Positions 1 to 24,300 of a stretch of 64,000 nt of DNA are shown here, in pieces. Both the position numbers and the translations under genes were made by a program. Source of the DNA: Macrostomum lignano (Eukaryota). A model generated the notes under the pieces. The model was not told the origin of the DNA, ran no database searches, and was given only the letters and a program-made list of their open reading frames with translations. Every line of letters starts with the position of its first letter. Position 1 is the first letter of the stretch. Location of the stretch: the NCBI GenBank assembly GCA_002269645.1, contig NIVC01000013.1, positions 1,321,215-1,385,214 of the forward strand, written 5' to 3'.

Positions 1-372
1 TGGGGAGCTTTGAGTATCGGTAATGGAGTACTTTGGGTGTCGGTAATGAGGAAATTTGGGTGTCGGTAATGAGGAAATTTGGGTGTCGGTAATGAGGAAA
101 TTTGGGTGTCGGTAATGAGGAAATTTGGGTGTCGGTAATGAGGAAATTTGGGTGTCGGTAATGAGGAAATTTGGGTGTCGGTAATGAGGAAATTTGGGTG
201 TCGGTAATGAGGAAATTTGGGTGTCGGTAATGAGGAAATTTGGGTGTCGGTAATGAGGAAATTTGGGTGTCGGTAATGAGGAAATTCGGGTGTCGGTAAT
301 GAGGAAATTTGGGTGTCGGTAATGGGGAAATTTAGGTGTCGGTAATGGAGCACTTTGGGTGTCGGTAATGGG
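1..372. repeat. 23-bp minisatellite GGGTGTCGGTAATGAGGAAATTT (ZIP intron)
   Basis: Direct tandem copies. Confidence 0.95.
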
Positions 373-473
373 GAATGCAGTAAACCTGAAAAACTCAATA
401 TTCAGCCAGCACTCATCATACAGTAAAGCATTTATCTATAAAATACCAAGCATTAATCTGGCGCGTCACTTAC

Positions 474-11992
<11,519 letters not shown>

Positions 11993-12603
11993 GTCACGTT
12001 CGATTTCCAAGCATACGAACGAGAAAAGAGAAATTCTAGCGTATTCAACTGTTGACTGCTGAAAACAGAAATTGTCTAACCTGTCTCGTATGTGGGTCTT
12101 TGCACGGGTTTTTAATAGAATCTAAATTTCAAGCAGAGATAAAGCGGCTAGACTGACTCTCTTGGGACCAAGGACTGTGAAACAAGCGCAGCAACCCCGA
12201 AAGAACGAAATAAACGACTGAGATAAGGAGACTCCTGAGAGATGGCATCAGAGCTGCCTGCATTCCCACGAAAAGCATGAGAATCAAGTCGCATTTCAAT
12301 ACGCCAGAAATTTTGGTGTGAATCGAACATTACTTTAAATGTTCGTTGTCCTGCTGTGTCGGACGCTTGAATCGAGAGGAGACCGTATCCTAAAATCACG
12401 TACCTCATGAGCCACTGCGAAATAAACATTTAAGCAATTTAGCAAACTCGAATATTGACTTGGGGGCTTTTATTGCTTCGAATTTTGGTTTCAAGTTAAT
12501 TTCAAGAGATTACTGGGATGCCTGCAGGGCGGAGCCATGAGAGAGCTAAAGGATCGCCCTCGATCCCCCTTATAGTACGAGCTAGATTGGTAACAAGATA
12601 GCG

Positions 12604-13186
12604 TCCCTGGTGCTGGCGCCCCTGGTGCTGGCGCCCCTGGTGCTGGCGCCCCTGGTGCTGGCGCCCCTGGTGCTGGCGCCCCTGGTGCTGGCGCCCCTGG
12701 TGCTGGCGCCCCTGGTGCTGGCGCCCCTGGTGCTGGCGCCCCTGGTGCTGGCGCCCCTGGTGCTGGCGCCCCTGGTGCTGGCGCCCCTGGTGCTGGCGCC
12801 CCTGGTGCTGGCGCCCCTGGTGCTGGCGCCCCTGGTGCTGGCGCCCCTGGTGCTGGCGCCCCTGGTGCTGGCGCCCCTGGTGCTGGCGCCCCTGGTGCTG
12901 GCGCCCCTGGTGCTGGCGCCCCTGGTGCTGGCGCCCCTGGTGCTGGCGCCCCTGGTGCTGGCGCCCCTGGTGCTGGCGCCCCTGGTGCTGGCGCCCCTGG
13001 TGCTGGCGCCCCTGGTGCTGGCGCCCCTGGTGCTGGCGCCCCTGGTGCTGGCGCCCCTGGTGCTGGCGCCCCTGGTGCTGGCGCCCCTGGTGCTGGCGCC
13101 CCTGGTGCTGGCGCCCCTGGTGCTGGCGCCCCTGGTGCTGGCGCCCCTGGTGCTGGCGCCCCTGGTGCTGGCGCCCCTGGTGCTGG
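12604..13186. repeat. 15-bp GC-rich minisatellite GCGCCCCTGGTGCTG at the 5' side of the LINE fragment
   Basis: About 38 perfect copies. Confidence 0.97.
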
Positions 13187-13189
13187 CTA

Positions 13190-14520
13190 AAGCCCCTGCA
13201 TGGCTAAGCCGGGGCTCCACTCTGAGGACCTCGGAGCCGGCTGGAGCCTCCTGTACACGTCGGCAAGACGTCCACGGCCGAGGCGGTGTCGGCACGCTGA
13301 TCGGACTGCGCCTTCGGCAGAGCGTGCACTGCGCTTCGCTGTCCCCGCGACCGATACGAGTCCACCTGCGCCTGCGCGCCCGCTGCATCCGTCTGTTCTG
13401 CGTGTATGCACCCACCGCTGCTCACCCCGAGGAGCTCGCGCCTTCTTCGACTTCCTGGCTGGGCAGCTGGAAGAGGTGCCAAACTGCGACACGCTGGCGG
13501 TGCTCGGAGACCTGAACACAGTACCGCGGAGGTCCGAACGCTCGACCTTTGTCGCGGGACGCGAGAATGCCAACACCGATGCGTTCGGTACGTGTGCTCG
13601 GTGCGCTCGAATCTGCTTGACCCGCTGGACCTGGTGTCCGCGAACACCCAGTTCCGCAAGCCCCCTGCCCGCCTGGTTACTTTTGCGGGCTGCAAGATAA
13701 GACGACGGAACTCACGCGGGCGGAACGCCACGAGGAAACTGGCGCAACTCGATCATGCGCTGGTTCGCACTCGCGAGCGCCGCCACGTCACCAACTGCGA
13801 CACCATGGCTCCGCTGGCTCTCCGGTTAGACCACCGACTCCTGCTCTGCGACTTGCGGCTCCATGACCAGCTCTACCGACGGCCAAAGCAACAGCCACGG
13901 CGCTACTATAGCGCTCTGTTGCAGGACACCAGCGTGAAGCGTCAATTCGCGGGCGCCTTCGTCGGCGCGCTTGCAGACCAGCTCGAGGCGGGGTAATCCA
14001 TCGTATGCACCGCCGTTAGAGCCGCTGCAGAGCAGACGGTCCCGCTGATGCGGCCAGCGCAGAAATCGCTGCCTGTCTGGCAGAGCAACCCGACCATCAG
14101 GCAGGCGCGGTTCAACATCGAGTGACTCCGCAGAAACCGGCGGGCCACGGGCGACGCTGAAGACACGTTTGAGCGCCTTCTAGATGAGCGGCAGCAGGCC
14201 GCTGTCGACGACACCGTCCGGTCCATCACTGCAGGCGGCCCCGACGTGAAAAGACGTGCAGTGTGGACGGCCGTCAGGACTCTGACGGGGCCGTCAGGAC
14301 TCTGACGGGGCCGTCAGGACTCTGACGGGGCCGTCAGGACTCTGACGGTGCGCAAAAAGCGCGTGGCGCTGAATCTGGCCGGCGACACGCCCGAGGAGCG
14401 CAGGAATGAATTGCGCGATTTCTTCGCCGGCATCGTGAACGCACCCACGTTGCCGCTGCCTGCAGGTCCTCTGCCTGCCAGCCTGCCGCTGCCTGCGCCT
14501 GGGCGGCCTTCGGTTCGATC
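13190..14520 (+). mobile_element. Decayed non-LTR retrotransposon (RTE-like) fragment with APE endonuclease; no RT domain
   Basis: APE motifs spread over three frames: GRGGVG, CVYAPT, AVLGDLN, ANTQF, QLDHAL, DHRLL. Several frameshifts; homology ends near 14520. Confidence 0.8.
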
Positions 14521-15338
14521 CGCTGCGTGCATGACCTGTCAATCGGGAAAAAGTACGGCGCATTTCATTGAACCCGGTAGATGACACTGTAAGAATGAGA
14601 CCGTTACATGTTTTACAACACCGATTGAGCCTTTGCTAAAAACTTTGCTCGAACAAGCAGTAGCTTGGTTGACGTGGCACACACTGCTGACCTTGTTTGT
14701 CTTCAATGTAAATGATGACTGATTTTCAACTAAGGCCCTGCCTCTGCGCAGGCCATCATATGCATTACCCATCACTTGTACGAATGTATACACGCGGCGT
14801 GGGACCACCATAAATTGTGACGGCTTTGTTACGTTAATAAGTAGAAAAACGAATACAACAATATTAAGTGAAATTTAAGACCTTAAAGATAGGATTTTTC
14901 GTTTTTTTGTAGCTTAAACGCTATATAATGTATATTTTCTAATAATTAATCTTTTAAAGGATGTTTGTTGTCTCTTTTCTGTGAATATGTAGATGGAACA
15001 AGTTCAAAATGAAATGATGTGACTTAATTTTTTGCTTATAATTTATCAATTTAATAACAAATCTTGACGAAGCGTAAGAGATTCAGTGACCTTAAAATCC
15101 TTATAGTTTTTATATTAGGCTGTTTCATTCGTAGATCTTTTTTACTCAAAATAATCTTTCCCTAGTACCAGACTGCGAAATACAAAGCTGAACAAAAACA
15201 GCAGTTTAAAGAATATACTCTAGTTTTAATCAAGCTTCCTTATGTTGTCTAAGCTAGCTCACCTAATGTCGTATAAGATTGAGGATTAAATAGAACTCCT
15301 TGCTTAAAAGACTCATCGATACATTATCGTTAGCCTAA

Positions 15339-18300
15339 ATGTTTCAGCGGCTGAAACAGAAAATTGAAGAATCGAATACAGTAAAAAAGGTTGGTAATAT
15401 TATTACAACAAGATTGGACTCTAATAATTATGATGATTTATTTATATTGCCTAATAAATGAATTGGCTCAGCTAAAATTTAGTCACATGATGGTGGAGTT
15501 AAAAAGAGTTGGAGGAAAGTAGGCCTGTATTTTGATAAAAAATTTATTGGGATAGTTCTTATACCATGGAAGGAATTAGGTCTACTCTCTCTAGGCATTA
15601 CAAATTTTTGTGGTCTTCTCAATTCTCAAAAGCTGGCTGTTGGCTGCCATTCCCTTTCCATATCTTCTAAATTTTGCTCTTGTAGTATATAATTGGCTAT
15701 TAGGCTATGTTATAAACATAGGCATAAGTCTACATTTTTGACATAGGTGATAGGTCTAAACAGTGTTGGGTACCAGTCCATTAATAAGCATTAATAAGTG
15801 TTAAGATTTTTCATTAACGTTAACGGAGAATTGTTAAGATTTTTTTGAACTAACGGATTAACGAATTTGCGTTAAAATTTTTGTGAATTAACGATAAATT
15901 CATTGTTAATAGTAGTGTCTAGTCAATGACCAAAGATGAAAAGAAGGAACAAAAAATAGAAGTCTTACAAGAAGTTTAAACATTACAAACATATTTGAGC
16001 TTACCTATATGCCTAAATATAATCTCTTTATTTATGACAATGATCATACAGACGTACATATAATTAACAACTTCTTACAAAAAACTTTAAAATAATGAAT
16101 TAAAATAGTGTGAAACTTTATTTCTTGCATGTGAGCATCGATCACTTTGATTCACTTCTGTCCCAATCTTTCGCTGCTTTCTGCTGCGCCTGCTAATGGT
16201 ACTGAAACAACCTTCCTATGTGTATTTAATTATGAATTTCTCATTATTAGCTTTTAAGTTTCAAATAAAATAAGTTACTTTTTTTACCATATGCTTTACT
16301 TTTAGTAGTATTATGCATGCAAGTTTTTAAAATGATTATTTATTACTTTTTTAGCTTTCAAATCGCTTAGATGACCTGTGTTTTGCTAAAAAGATGGAAT
16401 AGCAAAGACGTGCATTACGAAGTCTGTTTTGGAAAAAACGAGCAAGATTTCTATATTTTCTGTGTTAACTTTAATGGATTAACGATTATTAACAATTATC
16501 AGTTAACTTTCAGTTAACTTAACGAAATTAGGATTAGATTAGGATTAGGATTAGGAGATTTTTTTGTTTTAACGCTAACGCTTTTGCTATTAATGGAAGT
16601 TAAGATTTTCATTAATGGTGTCCAACACTGGGTCTAAATAAGAAATTATTAAGAAGTGTAGTCTATCCTAATTTTATTTATTTATTATATTTTAAAAAAT
16701 AAGCATATTGATAAGAGTTTACAATTCTATCATATACAAAAAGTTTTAAATAAAATGTCTTGCAATCAAATAGGCTATTTTTACTTTTTTTATAATTGTA
16801 GGGCCTAGTCAGATTTTTTGTATAATATTTAGTCAATTATAAATAAATATATATAAAAAGAAAATATAATCAAAAGACTCAAATATTATAGGCTACAGGT
16901 TAAAATGGCTATAGATCAAAAAGGTAATAATCAAAAAGGTGACAGTCAAAAGGGAGATAGTCAACCATAATATATTTATTGGAATTACAAGTTAAAATGC
17001 TTTAAATTTGTATTTTCTAAAATGTACAAAACCATATGATTAGTTAAAATGTATTGGTATTTTAACAGTAAATGTGCATTAATACATAGCTTAGTGGGGT
17101 CCATTTTTTACTCATTACTTATAGTAGACCATTTACTCAGTGGTTGCTATGTCTGAATTTTTTTCCAGTATTTAAAGTATATGGCTGGTTTACTATATGT
17201 AGCATATTATTTCTTACAAAAAGATCCCTATTGGAAAAAGTGACACTATAGATGGCTATCTAGTGTGTTTCTAAAAAAGCTAGTGCACTTGATGTATAGT
17301 GTTGCACCTCTCAAATATAGCATGGTATACCTAAAGGGCTAAGAATTGGTGCACTAGGGTGGTATGCTAGAGGGGTAGTGCACCAGAAGGGTAGCACATG
17401 CTTAAAAGGTGGTACATAGAAATGACAATGTGTTAAAGGGTACAGCATTGGATCCATAGTCAGAAAGATGCATATATCCTAGAACCAGAAATTTTGCGAA
17501 GCCAGATATCAGAGTTTTCTAGTTTAGATGTAGACACAATTCTATAATATTTATTTTTTTCTATTTATTATACTAATATTTAGTGATAAACAAGTATAGA
17601 TTAGTTATCTATTGGCATGGAATATAGTTATTAGTTGAAGACTTTTTGTTAAATATATTGCAATCATATGCTTTTAGCTAAAACTATTTGAATCTACTAG
17701 CAATCTAGTATCCCCTTTGGGATGCCCAATAAGCAAACAGTAAAAATTCTTAATCAAGCACATTAATAAAGCACAAAGAAAGATGTTTGCTATGATATCT
17801 ATCTATCCCATTTATTAGTACTTCATTTCAAGTAGATAGATCCATTAGAAAAAATGATAATCAGTAAAGAACAGGTGTTAAATGGCAAGAAAGTTAAACT
17901 ACTAATATAATACTCAAAGTTAAATTGGATTTGCCATTTTACAAAAAGACTGGTTAATCAAAATTAGATAACCTAAATATAGTTATTTAAAAGCAAAAGA
18001 TTTTTTATGGTAGCTAATTATAGCAAAAATTTTTAGTATATAGGATTACAGAATATTTTCAGAAAGTTTAATAATAAAAAGAATTTATTAATGAATCTAC
18101 TTATGGTATAATCCATAGGAAAAATATTGTAAATAAATAAAATATTTAAAATATTTTCTGTGATCTATTGGTACAAAATATTTGGTTTTATATTAACCTT
18201 TACATAGCAGTCTAGTCTAAAATAGTGCAAGACTGCTAAGTTGCTATGTAAAATATTTTTATTAAAAAAAAAGAATTCTATCAACAAATGCACACAGGCA

Positions 18301-21300
18301 ACAGATTCTCTGGGCCGTCTGACGCCAAACCCAGCCGCGGCAGGGGGCGAAACTGATAATGGCACAGCAGCCAATCAGGAAGCGCCGCTGGCCGCAGCCT
18401 CCTCTGGCCGACCAATCAGATCGCGCCAATCGTCCGGCAGCTCAATAGCTAGCGATGCTTCATTTTTTTCAGCGGCTGCCGCCGCTGCATCAAAATCGCC
18501 CCACACACCGCTGCCATCGTTGCCACCGGCGCCGTCAGATCTGGAATCGGAGGCCTCGGTTGCTGGCGTTGAGGTTATGACGAAACAGGAATTGTTTCAG
18601 AAATTCCTTCACGTTCAATCGTTAGCTAAACGGTACAAGAGTAAGTTCTACGAATTGATGGAGGCGCACAGGAGTCTGGATACGGAGAAGGAGAAGCTGA
18701 AGAAAGCTTTGACTACTAATCAGGTAAGATTTGGGTTTTTGCTAACTAATCAAGAGCGTCCATAAAAATCTATTAGACATTGTCCCAAAAAACCGTGTTT
18801 ATAATGTAATCTTTTCAATACATTTCCAGGACAAGTCCCTTAGAAGAATCAGCGAACTCAAAGAGCAAATCGAGTTGGACCAATTGGCTAAACGAGATTT
18901 AGAACAGAACTATAGTTTAATGCTAGAGGAGAAAGATGAACTTAATAAAGTGCTTAAAATACAGGTGAGTTTGAAACTATGCTCTGTTGGTTTCTCCGTT
19001 AAAATTGAGGCTGGGAGAGAAATAGAATCAGCTCCGAAACTGCACGCCAGCCAATCATAGACCGCTATTAAATAGGGGTAGGGTAGGGAGAGAGGCGAAA
19101 AAGTCGTCAGTTCAGAAACTGCACGCCAGCCAATCAGAGGCCGCCATCAAAGTGGGGTTAGGAAGAGAAAAGAAAGAGTCATCTAGTTTAGAAACTGCAC
19201 GCCAGCAAATCAGAGGCTGCCATCGAATTGGGGGTAGGGTAGGGAGAGAAAAGAGTCGTCAAGTTCAAAAACTGCACGCCAGCCAATCAGAGGCCGCCAT
19301 CAAATTGGGGGTAGGGTAGGGAGAGAAAAGAATCGTCAAGTTCAGAAACTGCATGCCAGCCAATCAGAGGCCGCCATCAAATTGGGGGTAGGGTAGGGAG
19401 AGAAAAGAGTCGTCAAGTTCAAAAACTGCACGCCAGCCAATCAGAGGCCGCCATCAAATTAGGGGTAGGGTAGGGAGAGAAAAGAATCGTCAAGTTCAGA
19501 AACTGCATGCCAGCCAATCAGAGGCCGCCATCAAATTGGGGGTAGGGTAGGGAGAGAAAAGCTAGAACTTTGAAGCCCTCGACTTCCAGTCAATAAGCTC
19601 AGCTGTCTGGAACGCGGTGACAAGCATTGTGTATGTAAAATAAGGTTGTTTAATTAAAAAACACAACATGAAAAGTTCAAATTTTAATGATAAAAATGAA
19701 TAAAAAATACCACCGTTAGCTGGAGGACTGCAATCTGATGATGGCTGAGGTATCGAACTTTTTATATTGTTAACCTAAGTTAATCATACCCTTATTGTTA
19801 ATAATAGCTACAGACTATTATTAATATTTGCTAATGAATCATAAGCAAGTTGGGAAAAGTGAAAGTTATGCAATATTTTTACAAAGTGAATTTTACTTTA
19901 TTAGCCTTAGTATTTACAGATGTAATTGAGCTATTCAACCCAAAACGCACTGCCTGTTAATTTTATATACCATTTATTTGTAACAAGTTGCACTATAGAA
20001 ATTGGATACTGGTTGATAATATTTCATGGTATTTTAAACTATAGTTAATCTTTATTCATTCTATTTACGCTTAATTCTTTAACCTCGTGGTGATAAAACC
20101 TCGGTCAGGTGAGCCTTCTAAAAGAGGGCAAAGACCTTCCACCGGAACTGGAAGCCAAGATCAAGGATGGTCACGAGAAGGAGGCGTCTGAGAAGCGAAA
20201 AATGGAAGAAAATTTGAAAGCGGCTCAAGAGAAGGTGAGACTTGAGCAAAATAATAGTTGTTAGTCTTCATTGTTTATTAACTAATAATGACATTAATTT
20301 TCGATGCAGAATGTGCGATTGGAACAACTGCTAACCAAGTGTCGCGACAGTATTCAAAGTCACAAAGAGAAACTGGCAGAAATACAGGCCGATAAGGAGG
20401 CGCTGCGAGCTGAAGCTGAAGCTAAAATGCAAGCAAGTAAAGCTGAAATCGTAAGTGTAAGATGAGCTTCTGTTGCTTGATATAGTTTGCTATGTACATG
20501 TAAAGTCTTCGCCTAGGTAAAATCCATGATAAAGTTCAAACTTAGATCTAGGTCAGGCAAATCCCAATCTAGATCTAGGCCAGGTAAAATCCTAATCTAG
20601 ATATAGGCCAGGTAAAATCCCAATCTAGATCTAGGCCAGGTAAAATCCTAATCTAGATCTAGGCCAGGTAAAATCCCAATCTAGATCTAGGCCAGGTAAA
20701 ATCCAATCTAGATCTAGGCCAGGTAAAATCCCAATCTAGATCTAGGCCAAGTAAAATCCCAATCTAGATCTAGGCCAGGTAAAATCCTAATCTAGATCTA
20801 GGCCAGGTAAAATTCCAATCTAGATCTAGGCCAGGTAAAATCCCAATCTAGATCTAGGCCAAGTAAAATCCCAATCTAGATCTAGGCTAGGTAAATTCCA
20901 ATCTAGATCTAGGCCAGGTAAAATCCCAATCTAGATCTAGGCCAAGTAAAATCCCCAATCTAGATCTAGGCCAGGTAAAATCCTAATCTAGATATAGGCC
21001 AGGTAAAATCCCAATCTAGATCTAGGCCAGGTAAAATCCTAATCTAGATCTTAGGCCAGGTAAAATCCCAATCTAGATCTAGGCCAGTTAAAATCCCCAA
21101 TCTAGATCTAAGCCAGGTAAAATCCCAATCTAGATCTAGGCCAGGTAAAATCATAATCTAGATCTTAGGCCAGGTAAAATCCCAATCTAGATCTAGGCCA
21201 GTTAAAATCCCCAATCTAGATCTAAGCCAGGTAAAATCCCAATCTAGATCTAGGCCAGGTAAAATCCCAATCTAGATCTAGGCCAGTTAAAATCCCCAAT

Positions 21301-24300
21301 CTAGATCTAAGCCCGGTAAAATCCCAATCTACATTGGATCCAAATTGGTCTATTTCCGCCTCCCATTGTCAGGAGAAGCTGACAGCCAGACTAGCAGAGA
21401 CCCGTCAGAAAGCGAAACAGGCCACGGACGAGGCAACCCGTCAGCTAGCCGAGTCCAAAGCAACTCTGCACGCTTCACTTCAAGAGAAAGAGGAACTGAT
21501 TGACAGCCTACGGCAGCAATTGCAAACCGCCCTGGGCAAAGCTGAATCGAGTTCGGCCGACTGTCGCGAGCTGAGCGACCAGTTGCGCCAATTGCAAATG
21601 CATATAGCCGGCAAAGAGGATGAATTTCAATTAGCTATTGAGGAGCGGGATATGGCTAAGAATGCGGCTGCTTTTGAGGGCGAGAAGCGCCGGGAGGAGC
21701 TGCAGGCTCGCGTGGCGGCCTTGGAGTCGGCCGAGAAACAGTACAGAAACGCGCTGGAGTCGGAGCGGGTCAAGAGCGAACAGTTGGCAGCGGAGCTGGC
21801 TGATAGGCGAGCCGCTACTGAGGCTCAGATGGAGAAAGAGAAATCTCAGGTGAGAAGGGTATTGTTGTGCGCTGAGAATTCAATACGAGTGGTGCGAGAG
21901 AAAGAAGTGAAGTGGGAGAGATAGATAATGTGTAAGAGAGGTAGATTAGGAAATAAAGTAGAGTAGGGGAAGAGAAAGCAGTAGAGTAGCAAAGAGCAGT
22001 AGAGTAGGGAGAGAATTAGAGTGGGGAGAGAATTAGAGGGGGAGAGAATTAGAGTAGATGAGAAGTAGAGTAGGAAGAGAAGTAGAGTGAGGAAAGAATT
22101 AGAGTAGAAGAGAAGTAGAGTGGGGAGAGAAGTAGAGTGGAGAGAGAAGTAGAGTGGGGAGAGAAGTAGAGTGGGGGAGAGAATTAGAGTAGAAGAGAAG
22201 TAGAGTGGAGAGAGAAGTAGAGTAGCAAAGAGAAGTAGAGTGAGGAGAGAATTAGAGTGGGGAGAGAATTAGAGGGGGAGAGAATTAGAGTAGATGAGAA
22301 GTAGAGTAGGAAGAGAAGTAGAGTGAGGAAAGAATTAGAGTAGAAGAGAAGTAGAGTGGGGAGAGAAGTAGAGTGGAGAGAGAAGTAGAGTGGGGAGAGA
22401 AGTAGAGTGGGGGAGAGAATTAAAGTAGAAGAGAAGTAGAGTGGAGAGAGAAGTAGAGTAGAAGGGAAGTAGAGTGGGGAGAGAAGTAGAGTGGGGGAGA
22501 GAAGTAGAGTGGGGAGAAAAGTAGAGTGGGGGAGAGAAGTAGAGTGGGGGAGAGAATTAGAGTAGAAGAGAAGTAGAGTGGGGAGAGAAGTAGAGTGGGG
22601 AGAGAAGTAGAGTGGGGGAGAGAAGTAGAGTGGGGGGAGAAGTAGAGTGGGGGAGATGTAGAGTTGGAAAATAGAGTGGGGAGAGAAGTATACGCTCGTA
22701 TAATGGGCCAGAAGTAGAGTATGGAGACAAAAGTAGCGATAGAAGTAGAGTGAGGAAAGAAGTAGTTTGCGAGGTGAGTGGAGAAGTAGATTTTGGATAC
22801 GTTATGAAAAACGTAATTCGTTTTTAGGGTTTCTGAATTCCTTATATAACAGATATGCTGTTATTGCTTATAATATAATAATCCCCTTCTCCATCCCCAG
22901 GCGGTAGCGGAGCTGGAGTCCCGTCTCGCTCAGTCAGCCGAACAGCAGGCCTCCGTGCTGTCGGAGCTCCGGGCGGAATTCGCACAGGAGCAAGCCAGAC
23001 TGCGCGACAGCCTAACGGAGCAGGCTGAAGCGGAAAAAGCAGAGCTAACAGCCGAATTAGAGAAAGGTTTTGCCAGTCAATTCGAATCAGAGAAATGGCG
23101 ATTCCAATCCGCATTGGCTGAGAAAGAGGAGCAGATTGACTACTTGAAGGATTTGTCTTCGGGATTGGAAACGCAGGTGAGTTGAATAGGTTGTAAACAT
23201 TGCTTTGTTATATTTACTACGATACATATCGGCACTATTATTAGAAGTTTTAATTTTATCAATACGTAGTTTACTTTATTAAATTTCTTACGATACAAAT
23301 CGGTTGACAATGGATGAAAATCGATTGTATATATTTCGATACATATCGGGTGGTCAATCGGCAATATATTCGTAGGTTTTAGGGTACAGACATGTATAGA
23401 CACTATCACTCACAACCCTTTTACTATTGTTATCGATACATATCGGCTGGCTGATCAGCAAATGATTGTTAGGTTTTAGGGTACAAATCGGCACCATTAT
23501 GGACAAGCTATTTACTATTGTTATCGATACATATCGGCTTGTTAATTTCACGTATTTAGGTAGGGAAAGAATTGATGCCTTAATTATTACTATTTCGATA
23601 CATATCGCCATCAAGGTTAGAAACTACGCTGCTAGCGCCGACGAACAAGGCCGCCTAATGGAGAGTCTGCGCGCCCAGCATCAGGACCAGCTGGCCGCTG
23701 CAAACGAACGTCTCGAGCAAGAGTGCACTCGCACTAAACAGTTGGAACAGAGCGCCGTTGAATTGGCCACAGCCAGAGAATCTCTCCAACGAATGCTTGA
23801 CGAATCCGCTACTGAAAGCGACCGATTAAGCAAAGTCTGCGCCCAGCTAACTGAGAAACTGTCCGAGGAACGGGGCATCAAGCAGCGCGTCACTGAACAG
23901 CTAGCCGATAGCGAGCGCCGGCGTACCGAATTCGAGTATCAATTGGAACGATTGCGCGACGATTATAATCTGGTTTGCCGCGAGTTGGACGGCTCCAGAA
24001 CTGCCGCTGAGACGGCCGAGACGGCGCGACGAACTGCCGAGGATGAGGTATGCTATAGGTGTTTTTTTCTAATGATTTTCAACAAATTTCGGTTATAATA
24101 TACCTTTTTGCTACTATTTACTTTGTTAAAAAAGTAATATTTTGAAAAAAGATCTTAAATTTAGCTTTAAGAAGACTTCAATTATAGTAAAATCTACAAA
24201 TTTAACGATGTAGCTTTCATATTTTTATATTAATGCAGTAAACAAAGCGGGATGATTTTATTTTTGTCTATCTGGAAGATATCAAGACAAATATAGTTAT

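Noticed and set aside
16530-16556. TTAGGA telomere-like repeats
   Set aside because: Only about 4 imperfect copies, not TTAGGG, and internal to an hAT element.
19035-19560. G-quadruplex array
   Set aside because: Only three clear G-tracts per unit, separated from the next unit by about 60 nt.
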